Assembly (NCBI GenBank): GCA_019322815.1
Contig: JAHWIB010000002.1
Location: 1 to 45,978 of the forward strand
Direction: 5' to 3'
Length of the DNA: 45,978 nucleotides
DNA from: Candidatus Woesearchaeota archaeon
GTDB lineage: Archaea > Nanobdellota > Nanobdellia > Woesearchaeales > WJKL01
In this document: in pieces, positions 1 to 7,961 of the stretch
How positions within the stretch are numbered: position 1 is the first letter of the stretch
How the letters are laid out: each line of letters starts with the position of its first letter
Notes under the pieces: model-generated
Databases searched by the model: none
The model's input: the letters and a program-made list of their open reading frames with translations, nothing else
What the model was told of the DNA's origin: nothing
Made by a program: the position numbers and the translations under genes

Positions 1-198
1 ACATTTAAGATGATTGATGGCGCGATTGAGACAGCTGATAAGCAAAGAGATTATTATGGCTGGGAAACATTGACTAATCTAAGAGGAGCTTTAGTTGATT
101 ATGTATCTGATTCACCTATACAATCTTTAAGAGAAGTTGCAGATAGGTATAAAGAACCTGCAAGAGAATCAAAAATAGTTTTGGCTCATGCAGTTTAA
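1..198 (+). CDS. C-terminal fragment of a hypothetical protein (frame open to the window edge)
   Basis: Frame 1 is open from nt 1 to TAA at 196-198. It could also start at ATG 10. No recognisable motif. Confidence 0.3.
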   Translation, partial: TFKMIDGAIETADKQRDYYGWETLTNLRGALVDYVSDSPIQSLREVADRYKEPARESKIVLAHAV

Positions 199-1097
199 TC
201 AGTGATTATAGCAAAGAAAGATCCTGAGGTATTTCTTATTTTTTCTATTAATGCAATCAAGTGATGTATTAATATTGTTTCTTTATTTTTTATTAATAAT
301 TCATTTGATTTTTTATTAAGTTCTTTAAATGTTTTTGACATTAATTTCTTTTTTTCAGGGTCAAATTTATAATGGATTTCATATAACATATTGTAATATC
401 CATTTGTTTGTTTTAATATATCTAAAAATGTTTTATCAATAGGTTTTTTTGAGTCAGCCAGATTATCACATAGATATTTGTATTCATCAGCTAATCTTTC
501 TAAGTTTTGGATCATATCATAAGCTTGCAGTGTTCTGTTTGCTTTTTTATAGCCTTTTTTATTCAATAATCTTAATAAGAAGCTTGTAAATTTGTTGTTT
601 ATTGTCTCTAATTCTTTTATCTGCTTTAATCTTTGGAATTCTTTGTTTTTCAATGATTCATATATTTTATCAGCCATTTCTTTTAAGATCAAGAAGACTT
701 TTCTTAGAATATTATCAAATTCTCCTTCTAAAGCGCTTGAAATGCTTTTAATCGTGACTTTATTTTCAGATTGATCTATTATCTCATACCCAATGCAGTC
801 AGGGATTCTTTCCTGCATCTGTCTTAGAACTTCTTTGTCTTTGAAATTGATAGTAATTTCATCATAACCTGCTATGTATAGATGAGAAAGATCTGTTTTA
901 GTAAAATCTCCTAGTTTTTCAGCATCAATCTCTGCCTTTGTTTCACCCATTGCTTTTTCTGTTGATATCTCTATCTTATTGCCTGTTTCATCAATATCTA
1001 ATTCATCTCCTACTTTAAGGTTGAATTTCTTGATCCATGTTGCTGGCAAGCTTATAGTCATTGTTGCTGCTCCTTGTTTTACGATTTTTCTCTTCAT
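195..1097 (-). CDS. AbrB/SpoVT-fold plus PhoU-like domain regulator (archaeal phosphate-uptake-regulator type)
   Basis: N-terminus KIVKQGAATMTISLPATWIKKFNLKVGDELDID matches the AbrB/SpoVT swapped-hairpin motif. The remaining ~230 aa are helical and PhoU-like. 4-nt overlap with the upstream HEPN gene. Confidence 0.7.
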   Translation of the reverse strand: MKRKIVKQGAATMTISLPATWIKKFNLKVGDELDIDETGNKIEISTEKAMGETKAEIDAEKLGDFTKTDLSHLYIAGYDEITINFKDKEVLRQMQERIPDCIGYEIIDQSENKVTIKSISSALEGEFDNILRKVFLILKEMADKIYESLKNKEFQRLKQIKELETINNKFTSFLLRLLNKKGYKKANRTLQAYDMIQNLERLADEYKYLCDNLADSKKPIDKTFLDILKQTNGYYNMLYEIHYKFDPEKKKLMSKTFKELNKKSNELLIKNKETILIHHLIALIEKIRNTSGSFFAIITD

Positions 1098-1519
1098 TCT
1101 TTTAGTTTCTCCTTTAATTTCTTTATTGTACTCTTAAATTCTAATTCATTCCTTTTAAGATAATCTTTTTTAACAGAAAATCCTCTATAATTTATTTCAT
1201 TCCTTACTTTTCTTAGTTCATCTATCTTTTGTATCTCAAAATCCATATCTTTAAAATTTTCTTTAAGAAATGCTATAAGGCATAAATGGTTTGTGCAATT
1301 TAATCCTTTCTTATAAAGATGGGCAAATATTAATTCTTTAATTATATCATAGTAAGCTTCAACCTTAAGGGCGATAAATTTATCTTCTATCTTTTTGCTC
1401 CAGAATTCTAACCTTAAATCAGCCATATCCACCATCTGTGATGATCTTTCTTCATCTGGAGTAGTTTTTGTGATAATCCCTTGGTCAATGCACTCTTTCC
1501 AGCTAAATTTTTCAGGCAT
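1094..1519 (-). CDS. HEPN domain protein (partner of the adjacent nucleotidyltransferase)
   Basis: 141-aa all-helical protein with a C-terminal ELRKVRNEINYRG motif (R-x4-Y variant typical of PF05168-type HEPN). It lies 1 nt downstream of the NTase gene. Confidence 0.6.
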   Translation of the reverse strand: MPEKFSWKECIDQGIITKTTPDEERSSQMVDMADLRLEFWSKKIEDKFIALKVEAYYDIIKELIFAHLYKKGLNCTNHLCLIAFLKENFKDMDFEIQKIDELRKVRNEINYRGFSVKKDYLKRNELEFKSTIKKLKEKLKE

Positions 1520-1520
1520 C

Positions 1521-2060
1521 TTATTTTTCTCCTTTTATTCTTATTGAACCATATAATATAATTCCATTTATGATATTATTTCTTAATTCTTTTGAAAGGT
1601 TATTTATATCTGTTTCAAATAATATGTTAATCTTTTTTTCTATTTCTTTTTCGTACTTTTGAAGATTTAATTTTATCTCTTTTGATTCAATAAAAATATC
1701 AATATCACTCTTTTCTGTGAAAACTCCTTTTGCACAGCTTCCAAATAAAACAATTACAGAAGCTAATGTTTGTTCTTGAATAAACTCAATTAATCCAGAT
1801 TCTTTTATTTTGGATATAATATAATTTTTTTTATAAAATCTATAATCATCATTTTCTATATTAGCATAATAAGTAGGATATAATGTCTCTTCTTTCTTTT
1901 TTATCAGGTCTAATTCTAATAGATTTTTAAGGTATTTCAAGACTGTAGCATGATTTAATTTCAGTGTTCTTGCAATTCCTCTAGCAGAAAAGTCTTTGTT
2001 TGGCTTTTCTATGAATAATTCGAGTATCTTGTAAATGTTATTTTTGAATATATTTTTCAT
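1521..2060 (-). CDS. winged-HTH plus minimal nucleotidyltransferase (MNT-type) protein
   Basis: N-terminal ARGIARTLKLNHATVLKYLKNLLELDLI resembles a wHTH. VLFGSCAKGVFTEKSDIDIFI is the G-S-x(n)-D-x-D polymerase-beta-type NTase motif. Confidence 0.7.
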   Translation of the reverse strand: MKNIFKNNIYKILELFIEKPNKDFSARGIARTLKLNHATVLKYLKNLLELDLIKKKEETLYPTYYANIENDDYRFYKKNYIISKIKESGLIEFIQEQTLASVIVLFGSCAKGVFTEKSDIDIFIESKEIKLNLQKYEKEIEKKINILFETDINNLSKELRNNIINGIILYGSIRIKGEK

Positions 2061-2071
2061 CTTAACCTTCT

Positions 2072-2107
2072 GGTTAAATAATTAACCACTTGGTTATTTA
2101 AATAACC
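2072..2107. promoter_or_regulatory. Two tandem 16-bp palindromic operator-like sites between a TATA-like box and the NTase start
   Basis: GGTTAAATAATTAACC (2072-2087) and the perfect palindrome GGTTATTTAAATAACC (2092-2107). Each is followed by ACTT, and they are spaced 20 bp centre to centre. TTTATATA on the minus strand sits at about 2111-2119. Confidence 0.45.
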
Positions 2108-2301
2108 ACTTATATAAAAATGTTTTGTTTTGATATTGTTATATCCTAGTTGTATATAAACCTTTCGGAATATCTATACATATATACTAATCTATATTCT
2201 ATAATAATAAAATATATATAATGCCTAGAATCTCTATACATTTAGTTACCAACGAGTAACAAACTAAAAATCAAAAACAAAACAAAGAAGGTGAATGAAA
2301 A

Positions 2302-2718
2302 ATGATAACTAAACCAAAACAAGATGTTTCAAATGAAGAGGAAATAAACTTTATTCCTAAAGACCCTCAAATTCAATACCCATTGACAGAGCAAGTAGTG
2401 CATTTAGTGCATGATAGGGGAGTCAGAGGCATAGAAGCTGCATGTGCTGATACTCTTTATTTTGCAAAATATCGTGATATAAATGATGCAATTGAGCACA
2501 GATATGGAGAGTTTTTGCATGATTTGGCGAATGCTTTGTGTGAAGGACAGCCTGAATCAGACTCTCTTTATGGAGTGAGATTTCCAAGTGTGTTTTCAGG
2601 AGCAGACCCTAAACATGTTTTGGAAAGACTGGCTGCAAGTCAAGAAATAAGAGAAGCTTATTTTGATCAAGTAAAATGCGTGATTGCTGATAAGAGACAT
2701 GATCTATGGCTAGACTAA
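2302..2718 (+). CDS. hypothetical protein (islet gene 1)
   Basis: 138-aa ORF preceded by AAGGTGAATGAAAAATGA (2288-2305). Composition is visibly less Lys/Ile/Asn-rich than neighbouring genes. No motif recognised. Confidence 0.6.
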   Translation: MITKPKQDVSNEEEINFIPKDPQIQYPLTEQVVHLVHDRGVRGIEAACADTLYFAKYRDINDAIEHRYGEFLHDLANALCEGQPESDSLYGVRFPSVFSGADPKHVLERLAASQEIREAYFDQVKCVIADKRHDLWLD

Positions 2719-2790
2719 ATGCAACTTATACAAGATGTGCAAGCATAACACCTTAACATAGGTGTTAGATAAAAACAAGGTGAATGAAAA

Positions 2791-3159
2791 ATGAATGAAA
2801 ATTTAGAACAAGCAGCTCAAAAATATTATGGTTATGGATGTAGTACAGAAGATATTCAAAGATATGAACAAGAAGGATTAAGGACTAAAACGGCAACTGT
2901 AAGTCAAGCTTATTTTGGAAGACCAAGACAAACAATGTTTGGTCATCAAATGCCTTTTGGCCTTACTGTATCAATTGATTTTGATTCTTATGGTTCTGCA
3001 GACCAAACCTATACTGATATGAATTCAATATCTGGATTGATGAATGATTTAGATGTTAACAGACCAGAGGAAATGGTTGGAAAAAAAATAGTTGGTCATT
3101 TTCCTCAAAATAGTACTAGATTGGTTGCACTATCTGTTAAAAAAGGTGATGAAAAATGA
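2791..3159 (+). CDS. hypothetical protein (islet gene 2)
   Basis: 122-aa ORF preceded by the identical 18-nt cassette (2777-2794). Its stop overlaps the next start (ATGA at 3156-3159). Confidence 0.6.
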   Translation: MNENLEQAAQKYYGYGCSTEDIQRYEQEGLRTKTATVSQAYFGRPRQTMFGHQMPFGLTVSIDFDSYGSADQTYTDMNSISGLMNDLDVNRPEEMVGKKIVGHFPQNSTRLVALSVKKGDEK

Positions 3160-3494
3160 AACAAAAAATTGATCCAATAAAACAAAGCATACTTGAAACA
3201 GAGCTAAAAGCTTTTAGAGTAGATCCTAAGGGTTTGCCTAGGCAGATGGAACAGGTATATGATCCAGAACATCCTGGAGTTGAAGTCAGTCATCTTTATC
3301 CTATAACACTAGATCTTGTTGACAATATTGCTATATGTCCACATTATAGATCAGATATAGATCCAAGGATAAGAAGGGTGATATTCAATAAAAATGATGG
3401 ACCTGCACAAGAAGCATATGTAAGGATGCCTAAAGAAGATTATGTCTACTCTTCAATGTTTAGTAATCCAAAAGAGCTTACATTTGGAAGGTGA
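3156..3494 (+). CDS. hypothetical protein (islet gene 3)
   Basis: 112-aa ORF preceded by AAGGTGATGAAAAATGA (3143-3159), a one-base-shorter cassette. Confidence 0.6.
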   Translation: MKQKIDPIKQSILETELKAFRVDPKGLPRQMEQVYDPEHPGVEVSHLYPITLDLVDNIAICPHYRSDIDPRIRRVIFNKNDGPAQEAYVRMPKEDYVYSSMFSNPKELTFGR

Positions 3495-3501
3495 ATGAAA
3501 A

Positions 3502-4287
3502 ATGAAAAGATTATACAGACCAGAAAGAACAGTTCCAGGATATACAACAAGCTCTCCTACTACTATTCCGGCTTGTGAAGTTCCATCTAGAAGAGGAATA
3601 GTAACAGAAGTGATTCCTGCAGAAGGAGAATGTCATGCTGTGACAGCACATTATGCTGAAGCTTATGACATGAGAGGAGAATTAGTTGCAAGTGCTGCAG
3701 GTATTATGCATGATGTTCCAAGAGTCCCTTTACAGTTTAGGACAATTGCTACTCTTGGTAAAACACTTGTTGCAAGAATTCCAAGAGATGCTCAATATAT
3801 GCTTAAGCAAGGAGAGATAGTTGTTGTTTATTCAGATGCTTTTGATGATTTATTTAAAAGAAGACCTACTGCTTTTGCAGATCCAGGTTATCCAAAACCT
3901 AGTAAATTTTCAGAAAAATTATCTAAATTCACAAAGTTAGGATTTTATTCTGCTATTGCTTTAGGAATGACTGGAGCTTTTCCACCAACTCCTGATTTTG
4001 AAGAAGTTCAGAGTGAGAATCCAGATTTAGGTTTTCCTCCAAATATACAACCAAAATATCTTCTGGATGATATCCCAGAAAACCCATATAAAATTAAAAA
4101 ACTACATGGAGATCCTTTTTATGAGAAAAATTCTTTAGAAGAATTGAAAGCAAGGAGAGCAGCAAGAGATATCATCTATAATTTAGAAGCACGTATACCT
4201 ATAATTCTGCAGGGAATGCAGGTTCTGGATGTGAACGGAGAAGTTAGATTTGAAGCAGTGTGTGACCAAGGATTAGAATTTAGATAA
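3502..4287 (+). CDS. hypothetical protein (islet gene 4)
   Basis: 261-aa ORF preceded by the identical 18-nt cassette (3488-3505), which contains the previous gene's TGA stop. Confidence 0.65.
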   Translation: MKRLYRPERTVPGYTTSSPTTIPACEVPSRRGIVTEVIPAEGECHAVTAHYAEAYDMRGELVASAAGIMHDVPRVPLQFRTIATLGKTLVARIPRDAQYMLKQGEIVVVYSDAFDDLFKRRPTAFADPGYPKPSKFSEKLSKFTKLGFYSAIALGMTGAFPPTPDFEEVQSENPDLGFPPNIQPKYLLDDIPENPYKIKKLHGDPFYEKNSLEELKARRAARDIIYNLEARIPIILQGMQVLDVNGEVRFEAVCDQGLEFR

Positions 4288-4304
4288 TAAATAAAATAAA
4301 CAGT

Positions 4305-4646
4305 TTATTCTGTTTTAGAAAACAGTTTCCTTAATTTATCATAATCATGCCTGAATTCAATATAATCCTCAAGAGTTACATAAACTCCCTGTCTGTGAAG
4401 TTCAGCAACAGTTTCTTTTAGTCTTTTTGTTTCTCTATTTACATCTAATTCAATATCATTCCTCTGATCCATAAACCTTTCAGTATCAAAATCAAAGAAT
4501 GAATTGACTATAGCAGGAGCATAATTTATAGCCAAACCTCTGTCATATCCTCTGCTGCGCAGAGCCTGCTCTACTCTGCCTACAACTTCCTCATAATGTT
4601 CTATTCTAGGAAGCACAAGATGATCTAATGAATATTTTTCTACCAT
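4305..4646 (-). CDS. hypothetical protein (islet gene 5, convergent)
   Basis: 113-aa ORF with the same GC-richer composition as 2302-4287. No motif recognised. Confidence 0.5.
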   Translation of the reverse strand: MVEKYSLDHLVLPRIEHYEEVVGRVEQALRSRGYDRGLAINYAPAIVNSFFDFDTERFMDQRNDIELDVNRETKRLKETVAELHRQGVYVTLEDYIEFRHDYDKLRKLFSKTE

Positions 4647-4774
4647 AAAACCAAAATTTTAATTGCTTATTTATAAAGGTTATGGTAATATTGGCGAAAA
4701 ACTTTTAGAAGATATTATTAATCTTTAAAAATTTCTAAGAACACAGCAAGATACAAATATTTGAATTAATTCTT

Positions 4775-5368
4775 CTATAAAATTGATTTTAATCTGCTGG
4801 GTATCAGAATAGGAAATTCTATAAATCTTATTTTCCAGTTCTCAAGGTATTCTTTCAGCTTTTCTGTATTAGTTGAAGGGCATAATAAGATTGCATCTGA
4901 AAATTTTATGCAATTGAATTCTTCCAATACTCCTTTCTGGTCTTTTCCTCTTCCATACAAACTGTAATAAAATCTCATTCTTTCTGATTTGCTGAATCCT
5001 TTCAATTCATATCTAAACAGAACAAAATTCATATAACCTAAACCTTCTGCCAGAAATTTATTGTAAACTAAGCTGTATCCTTCAGCAAGAATAGCTTCTC
5101 TTGCTTTAAATGATTCTTCAAATAATTCTTTATAGGTTTTATCTGTAATTGAAACTTCAAAACCTTTAATTGTTTTCTTCAATTCATAGCTTATATCAAT
5201 ATCTTTTTTATCTTTGAATAAAATCAAAATATCTATATCATTTGGTTTTTCTTTTCCTTTTACAGAAGATCCAAATAGGATAATATCTAAAACCTTCTCT
5301 TTGTTTTTACTGAAAAAAGATTTTACTTCAGATTTAAACCTTATATCTTTCAATAATCCTTTTGACAT
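4775..5368 (-). CDS. nucleotidyltransferase domain protein (MNT-type)
   Basis: ILFGSSVKGKEKPNDIDILILF is the G-S-x(n)-D-x-D NTase motif. It overlaps the upstream HEPN gene. Confidence 0.7.
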   Translation of the reverse strand: MSKGLLKDIRFKSEVKSFFSKNKEKVLDIILFGSSVKGKEKPNDIDILILFKDKKDIDISYELKKTIKGFEVSITDKTYKELFEESFKAREAILAEGYSLVYNKFLAEGLGYMNFVLFRYELKGFSKSERMRFYYSLYGRGKDQKGVLEEFNCIKFSDAILLCPSTNTEKLKEYLENWKIRFIEFPILIPSRLKSIL

Positions 5369-5663
5369 TTTCTTTTACCTTATCACACGTTTCTTTATCG
5401 ATAGTAGTTGAATAAGTATCCCTATAAATTTTGAAGTATTTGTCAAGAAATTCATACAAGTCAGGATAAGATTTTTCAAGAACTCTAAATCTTTCTGTAT
5501 GGTCTTTTGGAGCTTTTCCTTCTGATTTCAATAAGATTAAATCTATAACACTGAAAACTGCTTTGAAATAAAGAATAGTTGCTGATGTAAAATCCTTATT
5601 GGAGTAAACTAATTCTGCAGAACTTAATATTTTTTTTATATTTTCAGTTAATTCGCCCATCAT
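5334..5663 (-). CDS. HEPN domain protein
   Basis: 109-aa helical protein with KDHTERFRVL and a C-terminal YRDTY (R-x-x-Y) motif, typical of small HEPN proteins paired with NTases. Confidence 0.6.
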   Translation of the reverse strand: MMGELTENIKKILSSAELVYSNKDFTSATILYFKAVFSVIDLILLKSEGKAPKDHTERFRVLEKSYPDLYEFLDKYFKIYRDTYSTTIDKETCDKVKENVKRIIERYKV

Positions 5664-5776
5664 GTTGGTATTATAAACATTAAACTAATATTTAAATCTT
5701 TTGGTTGGTAATACAAACAAAGTTGGTACTACAAACTTAATATCCTAATTAGTGTTTATTTGTTTGTATTACAAAC
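5664..5776. promoter_or_regulatory. Four copies of a 15-bp imperfect palindrome GTT(G/T)GTA-N-TA(C/T)AAAC upstream of the HEPN/NTase pair
   Basis: Copies at 5664-5678, 5704-5718, 5722-5736 and 5762-5776. The first abuts the HEPN start codon (5661-5663). A TTTAAATA-like box on the minus strand lies at about 5688-5697. Confidence 0.4.
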
Positions 5777-5788
5777 AACAAGGAAATA

Positions 5789-6436
5789 TTAACTCCCTAA
5801 TTTTTTTATCTTCCTATGCAATGTTTCATATCTTAATCCAATCTTACGAGCTGTTTTAGAAACATTTCCTTTATTCTCATCCAAAGCTTTTTTGATAAAA
5901 ACCCTTTCAAATTCTTTTTCAGCTTCATCCCATGTCATCTCTATTGTTGGCAGCTCTTTGACAATCTCTCCGCTTATCTTGTCGACATTTCTATACATCT
6001 TCTCTAGTCTGCTTGGACGGATGACCTCTCTATAATTATCAAGAGTCTCTTTCAGAATTCCATCAACAGCTTCTTTCCTGTAATAGTCAGCTTTGACCAT
6101 CTCTTTTCTTGTTCTCTTTATATTTATTCCTAATGTCTTAATTGCCCTATGGATGCTTCGTCTGTTTAATCCAGTAATCCTGGCAACAAAAGAAACATTG
6201 CCATAATTGTTCTGCAGCATTCTTGTCAAGAATTGTTTTTTGAATAGTTTCTTTGCTGCTTTAAATGAAAGTGAAGTATCTATATCATAAGCAATCAACG
6301 GGCTCTTTTCAATCTTGTCTGAGATGTCTCTTCCAAATTCGCTTATTGTAACACCAAGCATATCATGCATGCTTTCATCAAGCATCGGCTCTATCCTATC
6401 CTTCAATGCTCTTTCCAAAGTTTTTCTCTCTGCCAT
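5789..6436 (-). CDS. DNA-binding protein with two Fis-type (HTH_8-like) helix-turn-helix motifs
   Basis: NVSFVARITGLNRRSIHRAIKTLGI (mid-protein) and NVSKTARKIGLRYETLHRKIKKLG (C-terminus) both resemble the Fis/NtrC C-terminal HTH. Confidence 0.55.
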   Translation of the reverse strand: MAERKTLERALKDRIEPMLDESMHDMLGVTISEFGRDISDKIEKSPLIAYDIDTSLSFKAAKKLFKKQFLTRMLQNNYGNVSFVARITGLNRRSIHRAIKTLGINIKRTRKEMVKADYYRKEAVDGILKETLDNYREVIRPSRLEKMYRNVDKISGEIVKELPTIEMTWDEAEKEFERVFIKKALDENKGNVSKTARKIGLRYETLHRKIKKLGS

Positions 6437-6556
6437 AATCTATGATTAAAATGTCTCACTATTTAAGTCTTTTTATTTTAAGGATAACCATTATTAAATA
6501 GTTAAAAACATTAATATAAGCTCTCAGATATTTAAATATAAAAAGGGGTTAATTAA

Positions 6557-7357
6557 ATGAAATTTGAAGTTAAAAAGAGGACTAATCCTAATGTTGATAA
6601 GTATCCTACTGAAGATATGACTATTGCCAGATCTTTCTCTAAAAGATTATTCAATGAATTTGGAGAATTTCTAAAAGCAGTTGTTTTATTTGGTTCTGCA
6701 GCAAGAAAAACATCAAGACCTAAAGGGGATATTGATATTCTGATTGTAGTTGATGATACCACAATAAGGATGACAAAAGAAGTAGTTGAAGCTTATAGAT
6801 TAATAACAGAAGAAATTATTGGAAAAGTAAGTACTAGGCTTCATGTTACATCATTGACATTAACATCATTTTGGGAATATATTAGGGCAGGAGACCCGAT
6901 TGCAATTAATATCTTGAGAGATGGAATTGCATTGATAGACACAGGAATGATTGATCCATTGCAGGCTTTATTGATTCAGGGAAGAATAAGGCCTACTCAT
7001 GAATCTGTATGGGTTTATTTTGGCAGAGCACCAAGAACATTGACAAATTCAAGATGGCACTTATTGCAGGCAACCTTAGATTTATACTGGGCAGTTATTG
7101 ATGCAGCTCATGCAGCATTGATGCATATAGGAGAAACTCCTCCAAGCCCAGAACATGCAGCAGATTTACTATATGAAAAACTAGTAAGAGAAAAGAAACT
7201 GGAATCAAGATATGCAGACACAATGAGAAAATTCTACAGGATTATGAAGATGATAACACACAGGGAAATAAAAGAGATTAAAGGCCCTGAATATGAAAAT
7301 TATTACCAGGAAGCAGAAGATTTTGTAAACAGGATACAAAAGTTTATTGAGAAATAG
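6557..7357 (+). CDS. nucleotidyltransferase domain fused to a HEPN-like helical domain
   Basis: VLFGSAARKTSRPKGDIDILIVVDD is the NTase motif. The C-terminal half is helical (WHLLQATLDLYWAVIDAAHAALMHIGE...) and HEPN-like. Confidence 0.6.
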   Translation: MKFEVKKRTNPNVDKYPTEDMTIARSFSKRLFNEFGEFLKAVVLFGSAARKTSRPKGDIDILIVVDDTTIRMTKEVVEAYRLITEEIIGKVSTRLHVTSLTLTSFWEYIRAGDPIAINILRDGIALIDTGMIDPLQALLIQGRIRPTHESVWVYFGRAPRTLTNSRWHLLQATLDLYWAVIDAAHAALMHIGETPPSPEHAADLLYEKLVREKKLESRYADTMRKFYRIMKMITHREIKEIKGPEYENYYQEAEDFVNRIQKFIEK

Positions 7358-7388
7358 ATTTAAATATTTCTAATATTATTTTTATAAT

Positions 7389-7961
7389 ATGCAGTTTCAA
7401 AACCAAAAGAAAACATTCTTGAAAAAATTAGACAAATCAAAAAAAGGAGAAATAGATAAACCAATAAAACAGTTAATTAAAATTATAAACAAGTCAAAAA
7501 ATTATTACACAACATCTTCATGCTCAGGAAGGATTGTTTTATTGGCAAAGAAACCAGGAAAAAAGAAAGGTTCTAAATGGTTATTGTCATCACACAAGAA
7601 AATAAATCTAAAACAAGCAAATTCAGCATTAAAATCAATTCTAGAGACAGATGTTTACTTCAGATTTGAACCATTGATTCTGCATGTTGCTGCAAAAAGC
7701 ATAGAAGATGCGCAAAGATTAATCAATAAAACAAGAGATATTGGATTCAAAAGAACAGGGATCCAGTCAACAAAAAATAAGATAATCATAGAAATTGCTT
7801 CAACAGAAATCTTAAACACAATTATTGCTAAAAACAAGAAATTACTAGTAGACAACAGCTATCTAAAAATTCTAATCAAAGAAGCAAATAAAAAACTAGA
7901 GCAAAACAATAAGAAGATAAAGAGATTTGAAAATCAATTAAAATTTATAACCTCCTGTTAA
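7389..7961 (+). CDS. taw3: tRNA wyosine-derivative methyltransferase TYW3/Taw3 family
   Basis: Contains YYTTSSCSGRIVLL (the SSCSGR signature) and FRFEPLILHVAA (the EP-ILHV signature), both characteristic of the TYW3 family. That family is restricted to archaea and eukaryotes. Confidence 0.7.
   Translation: MQFQNQKKTFLKKLDKSKKGEIDKPIKQLIKIINKSKNYYTTSSCSGRIVLLAKKPGKKKGSKWLLSSHKKINLKQANSALKSILETDVYFRFEPLILHVAAKSIEDAQRLINKTRDIGFKRTGIQSTKNKIIIEIASTEILNTIIAKNKKLLVDNSYLKILIKEANKKLEQNNKKIKRFENQLKFITSC

Noticed and set aside
2295-2312. Mini-ORF ATG AAA AAT GAT AAC TAA beginning at the first ATG of the repeated cassette
   Set aside because: It is only five sense codons and is not conserved between cassette copies beyond the cassette itself. 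The second ATG opens the long ORF each time.
6553-6762. 69-aa minus-strand ORF
   Set aside because: It lies entirely within and antisense to the well-supported NTase-HEPN gene 6557-7357.
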